The notes below the pieces were generated by a model. The model worked only from the letters and a program-made list of their open reading frames with translations, did not search any database and had not been told where the DNA came from. Made by a program: the position numbers and the translations under genes. A DNA stretch of 64,000 nucleotides from an uncultured Clostridia bacterium (GTDB lineage: Bacteria > Bacillota > Clostridia > TANB77 > CAG-508): the NCBI GenBank assembly GCA_947594935.1, contig CANQEM010000001.1, positions 52,802 through 116,801 on the forward strand. The letters are read 5' to 3'. How positions within the stretch are numbered: the stretch's first letter is position 1; every line of letters begins with the position of its first letter. Shown in pieces: positions 18,484 to 26,670 of this stretch.

Positions 18484-18685
18484 AAGCCTATGTATATTAC
18501 TGGATAAAATGACGAATACGATTGGAGATATGTTAGAAAATCTTATTTCATTCGTATGGAAAGCGTTCGTGCGTGCGAAGCATGCCAGCGGAAGGGTGCC
18601 ATAGAAGGGAATTAGATTTTCTTACGTATCGTATTGAGTCGAGTCATTTTAGGAAGGAATATACATAGGCTTTTTTATTTTAATA
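18484..18685 (+). ncRNA. Candidate structured small RNA (~190 nt, G+C-rich, rod-like, 15-bp closing helix followed by a U-tract); class unknown and strand tentative
   Basis: AAGCCTATGTATATT (18484-18498) is the perfect reverse complement of AATATACATAGGCTT (18658-18672). Inside the helix there is further nested long-range pairing: TAAAATGAC/GTCATTTTA, AATACG/CGTATT, AGAAAATCT/AGATTTTCT and TATGG/CCATA. The plus strand continues with T6AT4 after the helix. Local G+C is well above background. Confidence 0.5.
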
Positions 18686-19418
18686 ATTTTTTTAGCAGTT
18701 GTTCTCTGCATTTATTTTCAAACTCATCATCTAAGCTTTGCAATTCAATATTTTCTTTATATTTTCTTTCTAAACAATATTTGATGATATAATCTGCTAC
18801 TTCTGGATTCTTAGAAAGCAATGGTCCATGCAAATATGTTGCAATAACATTACCGATGAAAAAACCTTCATGTGTATCTCCAAAAGAATTTCCGTTTCCG
18901 AATAGAACTTTTCCAAAAGGAGCCATGCCTTCAAAAGTTTGTCCGCCATGGTTTTCAAAACCTATTACTTGTGTTTTCTTTCCATTTTGCAATTCGACTT
19001 CTAGAACAATATTGCCAATACATCTTTTTTTTCTATCTGCTATTGCTTCTGTATAATAAGGGAAAACTTCTAAGCCTGGAATTATATTGCCCTCAACACC
19101 TTTATAGTATTTTCCAAACAATTGATATGCTCCACAAATTAGTAAGAAAAATACGCCATTTTGCACTGCTTTTTTTATATTATCTTTATACTTGACTAAA
19201 TCATCTGCTAAAATACTTTGCTCATTATCAGCACCGCCACCAGCAAAAACAATATCATAACTTGAAAAATCTGGTGCTTCGTCATTTATTGAATATTGGT
19301 CTATTTTACAAGATATATTTCGTTGTTCCATGCGATATTTTAGTACTTGAATATTTCCATAATCGCCATATAGTTCTAACATATCTGGATATAAATATAG
19401 TATTTTAAGTTCCTGCAA
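18675..19418 (-). CDS. gatD: Lipid II isoglutaminyl synthase glutaminase subunit GatD (CobQ-like GATase)
   Basis: 247-aa type-1 GATase (ICGAYQLFG with Cys nucleophile; HGPLL region), immediately downstream of the MurT-type ligase. Confidence 0.85.
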   Translation of the reverse strand: MQELKILYLYPDMLELYGDYGNIQVLKYRMEQRNISCKIDQYSINDEAPDFSSYDIVFAGGGADNEQSILADDLVKYKDNIKKAVQNGVFFLLICGAYQLFGKYYKGVEGNIIPGLEVFPYYTEAIADRKKRCIGNIVLEVELQNGKKTQVIGFENHGGQTFEGMAPFGKVLFGNGNSFGDTHEGFFIGNVIATYLHGPLLSKNPEVADYIIKYCLERKYKENIELQSLDDEFENKCREQLLKKLLK

Positions 19419-19430
19419 TTAACATCACCC

Positions 19431-20753
19431 CTATCTTTCAAGTTTAAATATAGCTTGCCTTGTTGGTTGCAAAGCGGTATAATTTGCTATTACATATTTC
19501 TTTGTTTTTGTTTTATATAGTTCTTGTACTGCTGTTTCCAAACTTTCACATGGAATAATTTGTTTAGAATTATATCCTGAGGTTTTTATTCTAATAGCTA
19601 TATCATAAGGTCTTGTTCCTGCTGTGATTATTCTTGTTACTTTGTTTTCCAATAATTTGTCAAAGTTTATATCCCATATCCAAGATACATCAAACCCATC
19701 TGCAATGTTGTCATTTAAGACAAATAATAATTCCTTTTCTTCCTCGTCCTCTTTCAATAACCTTAAACTTACATTTGCACCAGTTGGGTTTTTAGCTAAG
19801 TTAATAATTGTAGGTATGTTATTTACTTTAATTGCTTCCAATCTTCCGTTTTTTAGTGCAAATTTTGAAAATGCGTTGACAACATCCTCTGTTGGAATAT
19901 GATAAAGACTCATCACACTTAATACTGCCACATAATTATAAATTGTATAGATACTATTATCTTGTATTTTATAGGTAATTCCCTCTACGTCAAAGCTTCT
20001 CTCTTTTAAGTCAACATTTTGTGCCTCTTTATATATTTGGTTTTCTCCATAGCTACATTTTGGGCAATGGAACTTACCAATGTGTGAATATTGGTAATAC
20101 TCATATTCTAAGCGAGTTTTGCAAAATGGGCAGAATTTTCCTTCTCCTGCTTCTTTCATATTTTGAGTTGCATATTCGTATTTTTGAACACGGTAGTAGT
20201 ATATATTTTTATTGTTTTCATTTGCTTTTCCAAGCCTTGCCACATTTGGGTCATCAGCATTTAAAACTAAATTTCCAGTATATGTTTTTAAAAATTCATT
20301 TATTTTTAAGATTAGTGTTTCTACCTCGCCATTTCTATCTAGTTGGTCTCTAAAAAAATCTAAGATTACAAGTGTATCTAGTCTAATTGTTTTAAAAATT
20401 TTTGGTACATAGCTCTCATCTACTTCAAAAGTTATATAATCTGCTTTGATTTTTCCTGTGATTGTAGAATTCTTTATTAGTGTAGATAATATACCTGTTT
20501 CCATGTTATTGCCTTCTTTATTGCTAATAACCTTATTACCAGCTGTTTCTAATGTGTATGCTATACAGTTGTTTGTTGATGTTTTTCCATTTGTTGCAGT
20601 TACTGCAATCACTGGGCAATTGATTTTAAAATATTCCAACATATTTTTATTTAGTTTGATCGCGATTTTACCAATTATATTTCCACCATGTTTTCCAAAT
20701 AGCTTTAATATTATATTGATAAGTTTCAGTATCATGATATAGATTGCATTCAT
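19431..20753 (-). CDS. murT: Lipid II isoglutaminyl synthase ligase subunit MurT (Mur-ligase domain plus DUF1727)
   Basis: Mur-ligase P-loop VTATNGKTST, the four-Cys ribbon typical of MurT (CPFCKTRLEY...CPKCSYG), and the GatD partner downstream. Confidence 0.85.
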   Translation of the reverse strand: MNAIYIMILKLINIILKLFGKHGGNIIGKIAIKLNKNMLEYFKINCPVIAVTATNGKTSTNNCIAYTLETAGNKVISNKEGNNMETGILSTLIKNSTITGKIKADYITFEVDESYVPKIFKTIRLDTLVILDFFRDQLDRNGEVETLILKINEFLKTYTGNLVLNADDPNVARLGKANENNKNIYYYRVQKYEYATQNMKEAGEGKFCPFCKTRLEYEYYQYSHIGKFHCPKCSYGENQIYKEAQNVDLKERSFDVEGITYKIQDNSIYTIYNYVAVLSVMSLYHIPTEDVVNAFSKFALKNGRLEAIKVNNIPTIINLAKNPTGANVSLRLLKEDEEEKELLFVLNDNIADGFDVSWIWDINFDKLLENKVTRIITAGTRPYDIAIRIKTSGYNSKQIIPCESLETAVQELYKTKTKKYVIANYTALQPTRQAIFKLER

Positions 20754-20774
20754 ATATGTTCTTCCTCTCTAAAA

Positions 20775-21305
20775 TTATTTTGAAGAAAATTTAAATCTGC
20801 ACTTTTGATTCATAAATTTTGTAAAAGCTTCTGGTGTGCCTATTTCAAAATTTTGTTTATCTAATAAAAAGGCATGTGTTTTGTCAATGTATAAATAGAA
20901 AAAATCTTCGGAATCATAAACTTTATGAAGTTGCCAATAATATACTTGTCTATTGATTTTTTTGCTATATACTAAAAATTTTTTCTCATAAAATTTAAAA
21001 ATAAATTCTTGCTCGTTTTCCAGTTTCTGGCTTTTTAATTCTTTTTTTATTATTTCTGTTGGATTCTTAAAACGCCAAATCATTATAGCTGCAAGTATTG
21101 CAAATATAAATAGTGCCATTAGATAATTTTTTGCTTGGAATTGAGCAACAACGCAAAACAAAAGTGCTAAAAATATTATTGCAGTATAAAAGTAATATGA
21201 AGGTCCATATTTTTCTTGATGAAATTCTAAAAATTCTTCATATATTTTCTTAGTATATTTTGTTTTATTTTTAAATAATATTTTCAAATTTTCTCTCCCT
21301 TTCAA
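20775..21305 (-). CDS. YcxB-like small membrane protein
   Basis: 176 aa, two TM helices near the N-terminus and a C-terminal soluble domain. Its start overlaps the nrdG stop (ATGA). Confidence 0.5.
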   Translation of the reverse strand: MKGRENLKILFKNKTKYTKKIYEEFLEFHQEKYGPSYYFYTAIIFLALLFCVVAQFQAKNYLMALFIFAILAAIMIWRFKNPTEIIKKELKSQKLENEQEFIFKFYEKKFLVYSKKINRQVYYWQLHKVYDSEDFFYLYIDKTHAFLLDKQNFEIGTPEAFTKFMNQKCRFKFSSK

Positions 21306-21826
21306 TCTAATTTAAAATTAACTGGCTCTGCCTTTTCTAAGCTTTCATGAACATCTAATATTCTCTGGTTTGATGAGCCTCTAAAACGCAATTTTAAATC
21401 TTTTTTATCTTCTTCAAATTTGCCATCTACCATTACATCTATATATTTCAAAAGTTCTTTTGTTGTTTCATTTTCCTTTAACATTTTACCAACAACATCT
21501 TTTTCAAAATCAAAACCTGTATAACACCAAATATTTTTATCTGGAAATTTTTCTTTAACTTTCTTTACTAGTGGCAACAAGCCTTCTTGATTTTGCTTTT
21601 CAAGAGGTTCTCCGCCTAAAAGCGAAAGCCCTGAAATATAGTCATGATCCATGTAATTTATAACTTTATCTAATTCTTTTTCTGTGAATTGATTTCCATA
21701 GTTAAAGTCCCATGCGCATTGATTAAAACATCCTTTGCAATGGTGGTTGCACCCACTTACAAACACTGATACTCTAACACCTTCTCCATTTGCAACATCA
21801 ACTTTTTTTATATCTGCATAATTCAT
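21302..21826 (-). CDS. nrdG: Anaerobic ribonucleoside-triphosphate reductase activating protein (radical SAM)
   Basis: The CNHHCKGCFN CxxxCxxC cluster; 174 aa; immediately downstream of nrdD. Confidence 0.9.
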   Translation of the reverse strand: MNYADIKKVDVANGEGVRVSVFVSGCNHHCKGCFNQCAWDFNYGNQFTEKELDKVINYMDHDYISGLSLLGGEPLEKQNQEGLLPLVKKVKEKFPDKNIWCYTGFDFEKDVVGKMLKENETTKELLKYIDVMVDGKFEEDKKDLKLRFRGSSNQRILDVHESLEKAEPVNFKLD

Positions 21827-21892
21827 AATATTCTCCCCCGTTTACTTCAAAACGGGCCTTCTAGTTAAAAGGTCCGTATAAAATTTATTGCA

Positions 21893-24019
21893 TTACAAGT
21901 GCATTACTCTCTGTTTAATTTCTTTTGTTTTTCCTGCGTTCCAGAAGTTTTCTCCTAAGTATCCGCATGTACGTCTAACAACAGTTAGTTTTGAGTGATT
22001 TTTGTTTCCGCAGTTTGGGCATTCCCATTCATTGTCTTTATTTATTATGATTTCTCCATCAAAGCCGCATTCATGGCAATAATCTGATTTTGTATTGAAC
22101 TCTGCATATTGAATATTGTCATATATGAATTTTACAGCTGTTTCTAGTGCATCTAAGTTATGTTGCATGTTAGGAATTTCAATATAAGAAATACATCCGC
22201 CAGTTGATATTTTTTGGAATTCGCTTTCAAAAGATAATTTGTCAAAAGCATCTATTTTTTCCCTTACATCAACATGATATGAGTTTGTGTAATATCCTTT
22301 GTCTGTAATATCTTTTATTGTTCCAAATCTTTCTTTATCTATTTTAGCAAATTTGTAGCATAAACTTTCTGCTGGTGTTCCATATAGTGCAAAGCCAATA
22401 TTTGTTTCCTTTTTCCATTGTGCAACTTTTTCTTTAAGATATTTCATTACTTTAATTGCAAAGTCATGTCCTTCTGGCTCTGTTTGTGGTACGCCTTTCA
22501 TAAGTTTTGTCATTTCATATATTCCGATATATCCTAATGAAATTGTTGAATATCCACCATATAAAAGTTTATCTATTTTTTCACCTTTTTCTAGACGTGC
22601 TATTGCACCATATTGCCAATGTATTGGGCTAATGTCAGATGTTGTGCCAAGTAAAGCATAATGTCTGCACATTAGAGCTTCATAACATAGTTCTAGACGT
22701 TCGTCTAGTAATTTCCAGAATTTTTCCTCATCGCCATCGGCAATTATTGCAATCTGAGGTAAATTGATACTTACAACACCTTGGTTAAATCTTCCTTCAA
22801 ATTTATAATTTCCATTTTCATCTTTCCATGGTGATAAGAAACTTCTGCATCCCATTGGGCTGAACACATTACCTTCATAAGTTTCACGCATTTTTTTAGC
22901 TGAAATATAGTCTGGATACATTCTTTTTGCTGAACATTTTACTGCTAGTTTTGTTAAATAGTCATATTCTCCGCCTTTTAGGCAGTTAAATTCATCTAAC
23001 ACATAAACTAGTTTTGGAAATGCTGGTGTAACATAAACTCCGGCTTCGTTTTTAATTCCTTCATATCTTTGTTTCAAAATTTCTTCAATAATCATTGCAT
23101 TTTCTTTAATGTATGGGTCGCCTTCTTCTAAGTGTAAGAATAGTGTAACAAAAGGTGATTGCCCATTTGTTGTCATTAAAGTGTTTATTTGATATTGAAT
23201 TGTTTGTACACCTGCTTTTAGTTCTGCTTTTAATCTATCTTGTGTTAGTTCTTCAATTACTTCTTCTGTTAATTTGCCTTTATATTTTGTTTCTAATTCA
23301 TTTTTGAATTTATCATAGCTTTTTCTTAAATATTTGCCTAGGTGCTTCATATCAACAGATTGACCACCATATTGGTTACTTGCAACTGCTGCTATAATTT
23401 GTGTTACAACAGTACATGCCACTTGGAAACTCTTTGGACTTTCAATTAGTTTTCCGTTCATTACTGTTCCATTTTCTAACATATCTGAAATATTTATTAA
23501 ACAGCAATTAAAAATTGGTTGAACAAAATAATCAGCATCATGGAAATGCAAAACTCCTTCTTGATGTGCTTTAACAATTTTTTCTGGTAATAATAGTCTG
23601 TTTGTTAAGTCTCTTGAAACTTCTCCTGCAATGTAGTCCCTTTGTGTAGAAGCTAGCATTGTATTTTTATTAGAGTTTTCTTCTGCTAATTCTTTATTTT
23701 CATTTCTGATTAAACCTAAAATTGATTCATCTGTTGTATTAGCTTTTCTAACTAATGCTCTTGTGTAGCGGTATACAATGTATTTTTTAGCTAATTCAAA
23801 TTTTCCTATCTCCATCAATTTTTCTTCTATAATATCTTGTATATCTTCTACAAGAATTCTTTTCTTATCTAAGCTTTCTATATATGCTATCATTTCTTTG
23901 ATGTCTGCTTTTGAAGCTTTTTCTCTCCCTCTTACTTCATTATTTGCTTTTTCAATTGCAGTCTCGATTTTAGCTCTATCGTAATCTACTGCTCGTCCAT
24001 CTCTTTTAATAACTTTCAT
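21893..24019 (-). CDS. nrdD: Anaerobic ribonucleoside-triphosphate reductase (class III)
   Basis: N-terminal ATP-cone (VIKRDGRAVDYDRAKIETAI), C-terminal Zn ribbon (CHECG...CPNCG) and the glycyl-radical motif RTCGYLG. Confidence 0.95.
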   Translation of the reverse strand: MKVIKRDGRAVDYDRAKIETAIEKANNEVRGREKASKADIKEMIAYIESLDKKRILVEDIQDIIEEKLMEIGKFELAKKYIVYRYTRALVRKANTTDESILGLIRNENKELAEENSNKNTMLASTQRDYIAGEVSRDLTNRLLLPEKIVKAHQEGVLHFHDADYFVQPIFNCCLINISDMLENGTVMNGKLIESPKSFQVACTVVTQIIAAVASNQYGGQSVDMKHLGKYLRKSYDKFKNELETKYKGKLTEEVIEELTQDRLKAELKAGVQTIQYQINTLMTTNGQSPFVTLFLHLEEGDPYIKENAMIIEEILKQRYEGIKNEAGVYVTPAFPKLVYVLDEFNCLKGGEYDYLTKLAVKCSAKRMYPDYISAKKMRETYEGNVFSPMGCRSFLSPWKDENGNYKFEGRFNQGVVSINLPQIAIIADGDEEKFWKLLDERLELCYEALMCRHYALLGTTSDISPIHWQYGAIARLEKGEKIDKLLYGGYSTISLGYIGIYEMTKLMKGVPQTEPEGHDFAIKVMKYLKEKVAQWKKETNIGFALYGTPAESLCYKFAKIDKERFGTIKDITDKGYYTNSYHVDVREKIDAFDKLSFESEFQKISTGGCISYIEIPNMQHNLDALETAVKFIYDNIQYAEFNTKSDYCHECGFDGEIIINKDNEWECPNCGNKNHSKLTVVRRTCGYLGENFWNAGKTKEIKQRVMHL

Positions 24020-24071
24020 TATGATTCCCCCGTTTCCTTTTTAATTATATCTATAAAAAAAGAAAAAACTG

Positions 24072-24100
24072 TTGCAAAAACAACAAAAAAATGTTATAAT
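24072..24100 (+). promoter_or_regulatory. Strong sigma-A promoter (TTGCAA-N17-TGtTATAAT) for the Crp-family gene
   Basis: Read directly; near-consensus with an extended -10 element. Confidence 0.65.
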
Positions 24101-24206
24101 TTTTTTGAAAATTTTGTCGATTTGTATTCTGTAAGTTTTGCGAGATATTACGACTATGTTACGATTTTGTTACAATTTTATTACAAAGTGTTTGGGGATG
24201 ATTTTT

Positions 24207-24836
24207 ATGGATTTTCTAAGTGTTTCAAGTTTTATTAAAGATTATGAAGATCACTGTTCAAAAGTTCAACATAAACATTTTAGAAAAAATGAAACTATAA
24301 CAACATATATTGCTAAAAGAAATCAAGTTTGCATTCTTGTAAGCGGAGAAGCTGACCTTATCCGCTATGATTACAATGGTAATAAAACTATTGTTGAACA
24401 TTTTACAAGTAATGATATTTTTGGTGAAGTGTTTTATATGATTACAACAAATAATGAATTATTTGTACGTGCTAAACAAGATTGTGACGTAATCTTTCTA
24501 GTGTATGATAATTTAAAAAACAAGTGTAAACAAAATTGTAAATTTCATCAAACTTTATCTGATAATTTGGCTGAATTGATTTTAAACAAAGTAACAATTT
24601 TAAACAGCCGTATTGAGCTTTTAACTAAGCGTTCTACACGTGATAAATTACTTGGATATTTTTCTATGCTATCTACTCGTAGTTTTAGTAAATCTTTTAA
24701 ATTACCTTTTTCGTTAACAGATTTAGCAGACTATTTAAGTGTTGATAGAAGTGCTATGATGAGAGAACTTAAATCTTTGCGTGATGAAGGTTTTATAGAA
24801 AAAAATGGAAATATGATAACATTACTTTATAAATAG
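24207..24836 (+). CDS. Crp/Fnr-family transcriptional regulator (cNMP-binding-like domain plus C-terminal HTH)
   Basis: C-terminal HTH LTDLADYLSVDRSAMMRELKSLRDEGFIE. The start is placed at the ATG at 24207 after a GGGGA RBS; the ORF track starts at 24138. Only one Cys lies near the N-terminus, so there is no Fnr-type Fe-S cluster. Confidence 0.8.
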   Translation: MDFLSVSSFIKDYEDHCSKVQHKHFRKNETITTYIAKRNQVCILVSGEADLIRYDYNGNKTIVEHFTSNDIFGEVFYMITTNNELFVRAKQDCDVIFLVYDNLKNKCKQNCKFHQTLSDNLAELILNKVTILNSRIELLTKRSTRDKLLGYFSMLSTRSFSKSFKLPFSLTDLADYLSVDRSAMMRELKSLRDEGFIEKNGNMITLLYK

Positions 24837-24841
24837 CAAAA

Positions 24842-24866
24842 CCCAGACCTGTGACAGTCTGGGTTC
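24842..24866. terminator. Bidirectional terminator (crp gene on plus, GC-rich membrane gene on minus)
   Basis: ACCCAGAC-CTGTGACA-GTCTGGGT hairpin flanked by T-runs on both strands. Confidence 0.75.
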
Positions 24867-24870
24867 TACT

Positions 24871-25248
24871 TTATAGCCTTCCAATGATGTCAGAGAATAA
24901 GCGATGAACACTGCCTATTACTCTCGTGATGCTCTCAACATACGCTCCAATGGAAATCAATAATATTACTGTTGATATTCCTTTGAGTATGCACGGCCTA
25001 CTGACTGTTCCATTACTGCACAAGTCAGCCCGAACTCTTTTGAAGCATATCATAAGCAACAACACCGTTTCCAATGATGCTGTTAAATACTTGGCTGAAA
25101 TGATGTTGTACCCTATTGTTGCCGTTACAATAACTGCGACACCAATCTTGTTCTTGGGCAAAACTTCTTCTAATAACATTACATCCATCATTCCAAACAT
25201 AAGTATAAATAGTAGCATCATACTCATCACAGCAAAAGCCACTTCCAT
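24871..25248 (-). CDS. Small hypothetical integral membrane protein (~125 aa) in a G+C-rich island
   Basis: Strong RBS GGAGGGAG 6 nt before the ATG at 25248 (the ORF track offers a longer form). It has 3-4 predicted TM helices. G+C is clearly above the flanking DNA. Confidence 0.55.
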   Translation of the reverse strand: MEVAFAVMSMMLLFILMFGMMDVMLLEEVLPKNKIGVAVIVTATIGYNIISAKYLTASLETVLLLMICFKRVRADLCSNGTVSRPCILKGISTVILLISIGAYVESITRVIGSVHRLFSDIIGRL

Positions 25249-25325
25249 ATTGCTCCCTCCGTTCATTTGTGATGGTTTACGGGTTACCAATTCCTTCTAG
25301 GAATATTATGTTTATTTTACCATTT

Positions 25326-26657
25326 TTATTCAATATTGTCAATAATTTTAGCAATTTGTTCAGCATCAAAATCAGTTTCTATTTCTTCTCCTGTCTGCAT
25401 ATTCTTGATTTTGACTTTATTATTTTGAATTTCATCTTCTCCAATTACAATGATAAATGGAATTTGTAGCTTATCTGCATATTTCATTTTTGTTTTTAGT
25501 TTTTTATCACTTAAATATATTTCTGTTTTTATATTCAAGTTTCTTAGCTCACTTGCCAATTTGATTGGTTTTTCTAATTCCTCTAACATCGGAATAATAA
25601 GTAATTGAGAGATTGATTTTTGTTCTGCTTTTATCAATTGTAGTTCATTTAGTTTATAGAAAAGACGTGTTAGTCCTATTGAAATTCCAACACCTGGTAA
25701 CTTTTTATCTGTATAATAATCTGCTAGATTTTCATATCTACCACCAGAACATACACTGCCTAGTTCTCTATAATCATTTAAAAAGGTTTCATAAACTGTT
25801 CCTGTATAGTAGTCAAGACCTCTTGCAATAGTTAGGTCTAATTTATAGTTCTTTTCTGGCACCCCGAAAAGTCCTACATATTTAAGTGTTTCTGTTATTT
25901 CTTTTAGTCCTTCTGAAAATTCTTCATTTTCAATTTGCAAGTCTTTTAACTTTTTAAGTTTTTCTTGGTTTGTTCCTTCAATTTCAATAAATGTAAGTAT
26001 TTTTGTTATGTTTTCAGTTTCTATATCAAGTTCTTCAAGTTCTTTTATAACTTCTTCTTTTCCTATTTTTTCAATTTTATCAATAATCCTTAAAATTTCT
26101 GTGCTGTTTTCCTTTTGCCCAATTGCTTCAAACAAGCCATTTAGAAGCTTCCTATTGTTTATTCTGATTGTAAAATCTTCAAAGCCTAATTTTTTAAAAA
26201 TTGTATAAATAATACTTGGTAGTTCTGCATCATTTAAAATGCTTAATTCTCCATCTCCAATTATGTCAATATCGCATTGATAAAATTCACGGAATCTACC
26301 TTTTTGAGTTCTTTCCCCTCTGTATACTTTACCAATTTGATACCTTCTAAACGGAAAGCTTAAATTGCCATAGTTTTTTGCTACATATTTTGCTAGTGGT
26401 ACTGTTAAATCAAACCTAAGTGAAAGGTCTGTATCTCCCTTTTGAAAGCGATAAATTTGTTTTTCTGTTTCTCCACCAGCTTTTGCTAATAGTACTTCTG
26501 ATAATTCTATTATTGGTGTATCTATTGGTAAAAATCCAAATTGCTGATATGTGGCTTCTATTGTGTTTTTCATTTGTTCAAATAAAATCTGTTCATTTGG
26601 CAATAATTCCATAAAACCTGACAAGGTTCTAGGTTGTGTTTTATTCATATTCATCAT
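25326..26657 (-). CDS. hisS: Histidyl-tRNA synthetase
   Basis: Class II core with motif 2 FRRYQIGKVYRGERTQKGRFREFYQCDIDIIG and motif 3 GGRYENL, plus a C-terminal anticodon-binding domain; 443 aa. Confidence 0.9.
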   Translation of the reverse strand: MMNMNKTQPRTLSGFMELLPNEQILFEQMKNTIEATYQQFGFLPIDTPIIELSEVLLAKAGGETEKQIYRFQKGDTDLSLRFDLTVPLAKYVAKNYGNLSFPFRRYQIGKVYRGERTQKGRFREFYQCDIDIIGDGELSILNDAELPSIIYTIFKKLGFEDFTIRINNRKLLNGLFEAIGQKENSTEILRIIDKIEKIGKEEVIKELEELDIETENITKILTFIEIEGTNQEKLKKLKDLQIENEEFSEGLKEITETLKYVGLFGVPEKNYKLDLTIARGLDYYTGTVYETFLNDYRELGSVCSGGRYENLADYYTDKKLPGVGISIGLTRLFYKLNELQLIKAEQKSISQLLIIPMLEELEKPIKLASELRNLNIKTEIYLSDKKLKTKMKYADKLQIPFIIVIGEDEIQNNKVKIKNMQTGEEIETDFDAEQIAKIIDNIE

Positions 26658-26670
26658 TCCTTTCTAAGTT

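Noticed and set aside
18484-18675. Considered whether the GC-rich element is the SRP (4.5S/scRNA) gene, since it sits next to ffh and contains ...CCAGCGGAAGGGUGCC..., which is reminiscent of the helix-8 GGAA tetraloop region
   Set aside because: The flanking bases do not form the conserved helix-8 stem with symmetric and asymmetric loops. The element is about 190 nt with a blunt rod-like fold rather than an Alu-plus-S domain architecture. The similarity is too weak to call by eye.
24926-25300. Plus-strand 124-aa ORF in the GC-rich island
   Set aside because: It has no RBS and overlaps the better-supported minus-strand ORF, which has a GGAGGGAG RBS and a promoter. It is probably a shadow frame.
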